From the NCBI GenBank assembly GCA_964630695.1, contig CAZVYZ010000004.1, positions 2,787-66,786 on the forward strand: a stretch of DNA of 64,000 nt, read 5' to 3'. Origin of the DNA: an uncultured Ruminococcus sp. (GTDB lineage Bacteria; Bacillota; Clostridia; Oscillospirales; CAG-272). A program made the position numbers and the translations under genes. Within the stretch, counting starts at the first letter, position 1, and each line of letters begins with the position of its first letter. Below are positions 57,636-64,000 of the stretch, piece after piece. The notes under the pieces are model-generated. The model did no database searches. It was not told where the DNA came from and saw only the letters and a program-made list of their open reading frames with translations.

Positions 57636-57688
57636 GGCGAAAAAACGCGGAAATCTGTCCCATATCCTGATTTTTTTACGAAAATCCA

Positions 57689-57717
57689 TTGCATTTCCGA
57701 GGAAAATGGTGTATAAT
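57689..57717 (+). promoter_or_regulatory. pgi promoter
   Basis: TTGCAT (57689..57694), a 17-nt spacer and TATAAT (57712..57717). Confidence 0.55.
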
Positions 57718-57760
57718 GAGGACGTAAAAATTTTTCCGAAAAGGACGGTCAGATAATCCC

Positions 57761-59101
57761 ATGGCTATCAAACTGAACGATCATTATCTTTCGAGTTTTA
57801 TTCGCCCGCATGAATATGAGCGCATCGCACCCGAGGTCCGGTGTGCAGATGCCATGCTGCGCAACAAGACAGGCGCAGGAAACGATTTTCTCGGCTGGGT
57901 CAACCTGCCCGAGAACTATGACAAAGTGGAGTTCGCTCGCATCAAAGCGGCGGCGGCAAAGATTCAAAAGACCTGCGATGTGCTGGTTGTTATCGGCATC
58001 GGCGGCTCCTATCTCGGCGCGCGTGCGGTCATTGAATATCTCAAATCCCCGAACTACAATCTGGTGAAAAAGGGGACTCCCGAAATCTACTTCACAGGCA
58101 ACTGCATCAGCGCCGACGCGCTGAATGAGGTGCTGTCCCTGTGCGAGGGCAAAGACGTTTGCGTCAACGTCATCTCGAAGTCGGGTACCACAACCGAACC
58201 GGCAATTGCATTCCGCGTATTCAGAAGCCTGCTGGAGAAGAAATACGGCAAAGAGGGCGCGCGGGAGCGAATCTTCGTTACCACCGACCGTGAAAAAGGC
58301 ACGCTCAAGCATTTCTCCACCGACGAGGGCTACGAAACGTTCGTGGTGCCGGATGACGTCGGCGGCAGATACTCGGTCCTGACGGCGGTCGGTCTGCTTC
58401 CGATTGCCTGCGCGGGAATCGACCTTGATAAACTGATGGCGGGTGCGGCACACGCAAGCCACGCGTACAATGACCCCGACCTCAGCAAAAACGACTGCTA
58501 CAAGTATGCCGCAATCCGCAACCTGCTTTCCCGCAAGGGCAAGAGCATTGAGATTCTGGCAAGTTACGAGCCGTTCTCCGCGATGTTCAACGAATGGTGG
58601 AAACAACTTTACGGCGAGAGCGAGGGCAAGGACCAAAAGGGCATCTATCCCGCGTCGGTCATCTTCTCAACCGATTTGCATTCGCTCGGTCAGTTTATTC
58701 AGGACGGCAGCCGCACCATGTTTGAAACCGTGATTGACATTGCCGATACGGGAAGCAGTTTTGAAATTCCCGAAGACCCCGACAATGTGGACGGCTTGAA
58801 CTTCCTCTCGGGTATGGATTTGAACAAGGTCAAAAAGACCGCTATGCAGGGTACGGTTCTGGCACACGTTGACGGCGGTGTCCCGAACATCCTGCTGGAG
58901 GTCAGCGAGAGAAGTGAATATGTTCTCGGCGAACTGATTTACTTCTTTGAACTTGCCTGCGCAATTTCGGGATACCTGCTGTCGGTCAATCCGTTCGACC
59001 AACCCGGGGTGGAATCCTATAAAAAGAACATGTTCGCGCTCCTTGGGAAGCCGGGTTATGAAGATATGAAGAAAAAACTTGAGGAAAGATTGAATTTTTA
59101 A
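57761..59101 (+). CDS. pgi: Glucose-6-phosphate isomerase (446-aa Firmicute type)
   Basis: [20 protein letters not shown] and GGRYS motifs are present. Confidence 0.92.
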   Translation: MAIKLNDHYLSSFIRPHEYERIAPEVRCADAMLRNKTGAGNDFLGWVNLPENYDKVEFARIKAAAAKIQKTCDVLVVIGIGGSYLGARAVIEYLKSPNYNLVKKGTPEIYFTGNCISADALNEVLSLCEGKDVCVNVISKSGTTTEPAIAFRVFRSLLEKKYGKEGARERIFVTTDREKGTLKHFSTDEGYETFVVPDDVGGRYSVLTAVGLLPIACAGIDLDKLMAGAAHASHAYNDPDLSKNDCYKYAAIRNLLSRKGKSIEILASYEPFSAMFNEWWKQLYGESEGKDQKGIYPASVIFSTDLHSLGQFIQDGSRTMFETVIDIADTGSSFEIPEDPDNVDGLNFLSGMDLNKVKKTAMQGTVLAHVDGGVPNILLEVSERSEYVLGELIYFFELACAISGYLLSVNPFDQPGVESYKKNMFALLGKPGYEDMKKKLEERLNF

Positions 59102-59131
59102 TGAAATCAAGGCAAATCAGCCGAAAAGGTC

Positions 59132-59160
59132 TTGACTTTTCTTCCGTTATTTGGTATAAT
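59132..59160 (+). promoter_or_regulatory. Promoter of the mini P-loop gene
   Basis: TTGACT (59132..59137), a 17-nt spacer and TATAAT (59155..59160). Confidence 0.6.
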
Positions 59161-59213
59161 GAAAGTACGGAGGGAAGGGCTTCTTCCAACCGATTTGTGG
59201 GAGGTAACAATCT

Positions 59214-59621
59214 ATGCTGAAATTGATCGTTGGAGTAAAAGGAACCGGAAAGACCAAAACGCTCATCAACCTCGTCAACGGTGCGCTTGAGGTCACCAAA
59301 GGGGACGTTGTATGCATTGAAAAGGGTACCAAGTTAAGATATGATATTAAACCGTCCGCGCGTCTGATTGACGTTGACGAATACAAAATCGCCGATGCGC
59401 AGTCGCTCTACGGGTTCATCGCGGGCATCATGGCAAGCAACCACGACGTGACCGATTTGTTCATCGACGGCACGCTGAAAATCTGCAACCATGACATCGC
59501 CGCGTTTGAAACGCTTACACATGAACTGGCAGTGTTCGTCGAAAAATTCGGTCTGAACCTGACCATGACGGTTTCGATGCGCGAGGAGGACGTTCCCGAA
59601 AGCATCCGTCCCATGCTCTGA
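59214..59621 (+). CDS. Very small P-loop NTPase-like protein (135 aa), function unknown
   Basis: A Walker A-like motif GVKGTGKTK lies at residues 7-15, and a possible Walker B motif DLFIDG is present. The gene has its own promoter and terminator. Confidence 0.55.
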   Translation: MLKLIVGVKGTGKTKTLINLVNGALEVTKGDVVCIEKGTKLRYDIKPSARLIDVDEYKIADAQSLYGFIAGIMASNHDVTDLFIDGTLKICNHDIAAFETLTHELAVFVEKFGLNLTMTVSMREEDVPESIRPML

Positions 59622-59639
59622 TTCTCAATGCTTCATTTG

Positions 59640-59679
59640 CCGCGGTTCCGCATGGCTATGGCGGAGCCGCGGTCTTTTT
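59640..59679 (+). terminator. Intrinsic terminator after the mini P-loop gene
   Basis: A 12-bp stem CCGCGGTTCCGC/GCGGAGCCGCGG contains one G-U pair and is followed by CTTTTT. Confidence 0.7.
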
Positions 59680-59696
59680 GACAAAAGGGGTTACAC

Positions 59697-61919
59697 ATGA
59701 TTCTGATTATTGCGGAAAAGCCGAGCCTTGCGCGCAACATCGTTGCGGGAATCGGTCAGATGCAGAAACGGAACGGCTATTTTGAGGGATGCGGATACCT
59801 TGTCACGTGGGCATTCGGGCATCTCTTTTCGCTGTGCGACATTGAAGCATACACGGGCGGCGCGACCGACGGGAAACAAAAGTGGACAATGGAGAACCTG
59901 CCGTGCTTCCCCGAGACTTTCCGCTTTGAATTGCGGAAAGGGGAGAACCGACAACCGGACAGCGGAGTCGTCCGTCAGTTTGAAGTCATCCGCGCACTCT
60001 GCAACCGCCCCGACGTCGATACCGTGGTCAATGCGGGAGACGCAGACCGCGAGGGAGAAATCATTGTACGGCTCTGCATGGAGAATGCCCTGCAAGCCCC
60101 GAAAACACTCCGCAGACTCTGGCTGCCGGACCAGACCCCGCAAACCGTTGCCGCGGCGTTACAGGATATGAAAGACGAGCGGGAATACGACCTGCTTGCG
60201 TCCGAGGGCTTTGCGAGAACCTATATCGACTGGCTCTACGGGGTCAATCTGACGCGCTACGCAACGCTCAAAACAGGGACACTGTTGCGCGTAGGGCGTG
60301 TCATCATTCCGATTGTCAAAGCGATCTATGACCGTGACCTCGCCATCCGCAACTTTGTCCCCGGAAAATATTACGCAATGGTCAGCCGTGAGGAAACGAG
60401 GGGAGAGGTCGTTGAACTGACCTCCAAAAACAAATTCGACGCGGACAAACTTGGCGATGCACTGGCAACCTGCGCCAAGTATAATGCGACGGGGGCGGTC
60501 GTAACAGCAGTCAAGAATAAAAAGGACAAGTTGTTCCCGGGGAAACTCTACTCGCTCTCCAAACTTCAGAACGTCCTCGGAAAAAAATATAAAATGTCCA
60601 TGCAGGAGAGCCTTGCTCTGGTGCAGGGGCTTTACGAAAAGGGCTATCTGACCTATCCCCGAACCAATTCCGAATACCTCGCAACAGCGGAGAAAGACAA
60701 GATTCGCCAGATTCTTGCGGGATGCAGAAAAATCGGCTATCCCGTAACGTTCAAGGACAGCAAAACCATCTTTGACGACAGCAAAATCGAATCGCACTCC
60801 GCGCTGACACCGACCTACAAGATTCCGCAGAAAACCCAACTATCGGAGCGGGAGATGCAGGTCTATTCCACGGTTTTCCGCCGCTTTGTCGCGGTGTTCT
60901 GCGAGGAGGACTGCGTGGTGTCGAGAACCGAGATTACAATCGACGTCGGCACGTTGGAAACCTTTGTACTCAAGGGTATGACGGTACTGGAAAAAGGATG
61001 GACAAAGTACGACGATTTCACACAGAAAGACAAAATCCTGCCGAAACTGGAAAAGGGCGACGTCGTGAACATCGACTTCAAGCCCGTGGAAAAGGAAACG
61101 ACACCGCCGCGCCACTACACCATCGAGACACTCAATAACTACCTCAAGAACCCGTTCAAAGAGGAAAAAAGCGCCGCAAAGGACGCGACGGAAGCAGGGG
61201 AGGACAGCATCGGTGCAGACGATGCCGCCGATTACCGTGCCATTTTTGAGGGTCTGGAACTCGGTACCGAAGCGACGCGGACGGGCATCATAGACAACGC
61301 GCGCAAAAGCGGGTACATTGACCTCAAAAAGGACGTTTATTCCATTCTGCCCGGAGGAGAGTTTCTGATTGAATCGTTGGAGCAGATGCAAATCAGTATG
61401 GATAAATATAAGACCTCACAACTCGGACAGGCGCTGAAAAAGGTCTATCACGGAAAAATGACGGTGGAAGACAGCGTCAAACTTGCAGAAGCGGAGATTG
61501 CGGAGGTGTTCGCAAAAAAGACCGACATTTTGCCGTCTGCTGACCGTGACACAGGATTTTTCGGTGACGTTGTCGGAATTTGCCCACATTGCGGAAAAAA
61601 TCTGATTCGATTTCGCAAAAGTTACGGTTGTTCCGGTTATAAAGACGGATGCAAATTCAGCGTCAACATCTCCATCTGTAAGCGTGTGATTCCGCTTTCA
61701 CAGTTGAATAAACTGTTGACGGACGGCAAAACGGACCTTCTTGACGGTTTTATTTCGCCGAAAACAGGAAGAACCTTTGACGCGTATCTGAAGTTGGATA
61801 CCGAACGCGGAGCCGTATTCGAGTTTGCGCCACGCACCGCCGCATCATCCCCAAACCGAACGTATGGCACTCCCATCGGAGAGGAACCGCCGTTGCCGGA
61901 ACCACCTCCGGGGTATTGA
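59697..61919 (+). CDS. topB: DNA topoisomerase III
   Basis: The Toprim N-terminus reads MILIIAEKPS...DADREGE. The active-site context is GYLTYPRTNS. C-terminal Zn-ribbon motifs are CPHCGKN...CSGYKDGC. Confidence 0.88.
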   Translation: MILIIAEKPSLARNIVAGIGQMQKRNGYFEGCGYLVTWAFGHLFSLCDIEAYTGGATDGKQKWTMENLPCFPETFRFELRKGENRQPDSGVVRQFEVIRALCNRPDVDTVVNAGDADREGEIIVRLCMENALQAPKTLRRLWLPDQTPQTVAAALQDMKDEREYDLLASEGFARTYIDWLYGVNLTRYATLKTGTLLRVGRVIIPIVKAIYDRDLAIRNFVPGKYYAMVSREETRGEVVELTSKNKFDADKLGDALATCAKYNATGAVVTAVKNKKDKLFPGKLYSLSKLQNVLGKKYKMSMQESLALVQGLYEKGYLTYPRTNSEYLATAEKDKIRQILAGCRKIGYPVTFKDSKTIFDDSKIESHSALTPTYKIPQKTQLSEREMQVYSTVFRRFVAVFCEEDCVVSRTEITIDVGTLETFVLKGMTVLEKGWTKYDDFTQKDKILPKLEKGDVVNIDFKPVEKETTPPRHYTIETLNNYLKNPFKEEKSAAKDATEAGEDSIGADDAADYRAIFEGLELGTEATRTGIIDNARKSGYIDLKKDVYSILPGGEFLIESLEQMQISMDKYKTSQLGQALKKVYHGKMTVEDSVKLAEAEIAEVFAKKTDILPSADRDTGFFGDVVGICPHCGKNLIRFRKSYGCSGYKDGCKFSVNISICKRVIPLSQLNKLLTDGKTDLLDGFISPKTGRTFDAYLKLDTERGAVFEFAPRTAASSPNRTYGTPIGEEPPLPEPPPGY

Positions 61920-61933
61920 AGCATAAAACAGAA

Positions 61934-61961
61934 AACAAGCGGACGATTGTCTGCTTGTTTT
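61934..61961 (+). terminator. Intrinsic terminator after topB
   Basis: The stem AACAAGCGGAC/GTCTGCTTGTT has a 4-nt loop and is followed by TTTT. Confidence 0.7.
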
Positions 61962-62194
61962 CATATTTCTGTTTGGATAACGAAAAAACAGGTTCTATCA
62001 TATGGTGTCATACCTTTTCAAACCTTTTTCACTCTCCTATTATACAAAACTTTGTTTTTGTATAATTGCCCCGCGCCGCTCCGAGCGGCGCGCGCTTCCT
62101 TGCTTGCCTGCACGGTGCAGGACTTTACAATGTAGCGCACAATCCGCGAATCGCTTTTGAAATGTTACGGCGATATGGTCATTTGGTAACGCCG

Positions 62195-62237
62195 AAAAAG
62201 GACCGATGACACATATGTGTGTCATCGGTCCTTTTTT
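62195..62237. terminator. Strong bidirectional terminator downstream of the activase gene
   Basis: A stem of at least 15 bp, AGGACCGATGACACA/TGTGTCATCGGTCCT, is flanked by A5 and T6 runs. Confidence 0.85.
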
Positions 62238-62261
62238 CTATTTCCCGCAACCTGCGTTTGG

Positions 62262-63026
62262 TTACGGCTTCAATCGGTACTCCCGCCCAACGCTCGCATA
62301 TTTGGCGGGCGCAAGCGTATTATACGGCAACTGCTCCCACGAATCTTCCCCGACAAATGCGCGGATAGCAGCAAGGTTTTCTTCGGTGTCGGTGATGTTC
62401 GGAATCAGCGGTGTGCGAAACGTGTGCGGTTTGCCACTCGCTTTGAGGTACTCTGCATTTTGCAGGATTCTGTCATTACAGACTCCTGTATAGGTCTTGT
62501 GCTTTTCACAATCCATCAGTTTGAGGTCCATATAAACGAAATCGCAACGGTCAATCACCGCGCAAAAGGCTTCCGCTTCGGCATATCCCGAAGTTTCGAT
62601 GGCGGTATGAACCTTTCCGTGCAATCGGTCGAGCAATTCTGCGGCAAACTGCCATTGCAAAAGCGGTTCTCCGCCCGACAGCGTGACCCCGCCGCCCGTT
62701 TCGCGGTAGATGTCGGTCTGCCTGAGCAGTTTTTCCGCAAGCGCCCCACTCTCCCACTCCACGCCCGCAACGCTGACGAGGTTTTTCGGGCAGATATGCA
62801 GACACCGCCCAAGCCCTTGACAATCCGGATGGTTACACGGTTTTCGGCACAATCCGCAATGCAAACATCCATTCTGCTTGATATACAATTCCCGTTTGGG
62901 TGACAGTCCCTCCGGATTATGACACCATATACACCGCAGAGGGCAACCCTTGAAAAAGACGGTTGACCGAATCCCGCCCCCGTCGTTGAGCGCAAACTCT
63001 TTGATATCAAAAATCAATCCATACAT
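62262..63026 (-). CDS. Glycyl-radical enzyme activating enzyme (radical SAM, with ferredoxin-like insert)
   Basis: The radical-SAM motif CPLRCIWCHN is present, plus extra Cys clusters CLHCGLCRKPC and CQGLGRCLHICP. The start was chosen at MYGLIFDIKEF. The ORF opens with GTG at 63056 inside a hairpin. Confidence 0.85.
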   Translation of the reverse strand: MYGLIFDIKEFALNDGGGIRSTVFFKGCPLRCIWCHNPEGLSPKRELYIKQNGCLHCGLCRKPCNHPDCQGLGRCLHICPKNLVSVAGVEWESGALAEKLLRQTDIYRETGGGVTLSGGEPLLQWQFAAELLDRLHGKVHTAIETSGYAEAEAFCAVIDRCDFVYMDLKLMDCEKHKTYTGVCNDRILQNAEYLKASGKPHTFRTPLIPNITDTEENLAAIRAFVGEDSWEQLPYNTLAPAKYASVGREYRLKP

Positions 63027-63244
63027 ACTAAAACCTTGGGCTTTGCCCAAACCCACTTAGAACCTTCCCCCAAGAAGGTTCTAAGAACTCCAAGAACTTT
63101 CACTAAGAAGGGAAATTACATAATCCCTTTTGGTTCAGCGTACCATGTTCGCACTATAAAAGTGAGTTGAAAAGGTTTGGGGAGTCCAGAGGGGGCTTTC
63201 CTCAAAAGCCCCCTCTGGCGCATCCCCCGCGTCCCCCGCGTCCT

Positions 63245-64000
63245 CTATACCTCGTACTCCTGCCGCGCGATCACATGGTCTTGGAACTCCTTGTCGAGTT
63301 CTACGAAGTAGGCGGACCAGCCCCAGATGCGCACGACTAAATGTTGGTGCGCTTCGGGGTGAATCTGCGCGTCCTTCATCGCGTCAAGGTTCACCGCGTT
63401 CAGCTGAAGCTGATGACCGCCGCGGTCGATGAAATGCTTGACCAGCATCGCAACCTTGCGGCAGTTTTCCTCCTTGGAAAAGATGCCCGCCGCAAATTCG
63501 AGCGTCAGAGGTCCCCCATTGATTGTCCGTTCGATGTGCTGTTTCGTGAAGGATTGAATGTCGGTCAGCGGTCCGGGTACCTGCGTGAAGAGGTTTGGCG
63601 AGAAGTTCGTGCCGAACGGATCCCCTGCGTGCCGACCGTCCGCCGTTGCGCCGAGGTCGCGGGAATGCCACAGATAGTACATCGCCGTTCCCGTCCCCGC
63701 GCGCCAGATGCCGCCGAGACAGTTCTTCTTTCCCTCCAGAGCATCCGCAAAGGCATCGAGGATCAGCGTGCCGAGACGGTCCGCGCGGTCATCGTCACAG
63801 CCCATCTTCGGGGCTTCGTAGCGGAGCAGATGCAACAGTTCGGGGTCGTCCGCGTAGTCGGTGTCAAGCGCGTGCAGGAGACGGTCGGGCGTGACGGTCT
63901 GCTTGTCGTAGACATATTCCCTGACCGCCGCCAGAGCGTCTGCCGCAGAAGCAATCCCGCAGCCGTGCAGCCCGAAATTGTTGTATTTCTTTCCGTCCCG
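63245..64000 (-). CDS. Glycyl-radical enzyme (PFL-like fold), C-terminal ~250 aa only; N-terminus lies beyond the window
   Basis: The C-terminal glycyl-radical fingerprint is VVRIWGWSAYFVELDKEFQDHVIARQ. The reading frame stays open to position 64000 (my translation ...RDGKKYNNFGLHGCGIASAADALAAVREYVYDK...). Confidence 0.85.
   Translation of the reverse strand, partial: RDGKKYNNFGLHGCGIASAADALAAVREYVYDKQTVTPDRLLHALDTDYADDPELLHLLRYEAPKMGCDDDRADRLGTLILDAFADALEGKKNCLGGIWRAGTGTAMYYLWHSRDLGATADGRHAGDPFGTNFSPNLFTQVPGPLTDIQSFTKQHIERTINGGPLTLEFAAGIFSKEENCRKVAMLVKHFIDRGGHQLQLNAVNLDAMKDAQIHPEAHQHLVVRIWGWSAYFVELDKEFQDHVIARQEYEV

Noticed and set aside
63290-63340. The glycine loop RIWGW looked aberrant compared with the familiar RVAGY/RVSGY.
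   Set aside because: It still satisfies the general glycyl-radical fingerprint, as I recall it: R-[VI]-x-G-[FWY]...[IL]-x4-Q-x2-[IV]-x2-R. It is a variant rather than an anomaly.

Overview
This 64-kb window looks like chromosome from an anaerobic, moderately high-GC Firmicute. A Clostridia, Oscillospiraceae/Ruminococcaceae-like origin is inferred from gene content only. No rRNA genes, CRISPR array, transposase or integrase is visible. Most of the window is tightly packed housekeeping DNA.

Gene content, left to right:
- A phosphate module: pstS, a fused pstC-pstA, pstB, an OmpR-type response regulator and a PhoR-like kinase.
- glnS and gltX in tandem on the minus strand, followed by an MBL-fold hydrolase.
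- A 9.2-kb aromatic amino acid supraoperon: aminotransferase, pheA, aroB, aroC, aroE-aroK fusion, aroQ, aroA, tyrA and a DAHP synthase.
- nrdDG, then proBAC, a LysR-type regulator and a YfcE-like phosphodiesterase.
- A redox/H2 block: rex, adhE, a kinase-fold protein, two small [2Fe-2S] proteins, a PAS-containing sensory-type [FeFe]-hydrogenase (HydS), a PP2C phosphatase and a catalytic-type [FeFe]-hydrogenase.
- ylxM-ffh-rpsP-khpA, an orphan hypothetical protein, and glpK.
- tRNA-Leu(CAA), then a Y-family polymerase with a YolD-like partner, and pfkB.
- The conserved pyrH-frr-uppS-cdsA-dxr-rseP-ispG-polC string.
- A small lipoprotein, an orphan protein, a D-Ala-D-Ala carboxypeptidase, pgi, a mini P-loop protein and topB.
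- A glycyl-radical enzyme (cut by the right window edge) with its activase.

Observations most worth a second look:
1. At 1..550 there are three copies of a tRNA-Ser(UGA)-like 5' half. Each is truncated exactly at the 3' edge of the anticodon loop. One copy sits behind a near-consensus promoter, and two copies lie inside a 98-nt perfect repeat.
2. The rex-to-hydA block (27.9-36.9 kb) couples a sensory hydrogenase and a PP2C phosphatase to adhE and a second hydrogenase. No recognisable phosphatase substrate is encoded nearby.
3. Two unusually long perfect hairpins close that block.
4. Several small orphan genes, and structured intergenic regions near the glycyl-radical locus.

All functional calls rest on motifs I can read in the supplied translations and on gene order. 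No database search was run.
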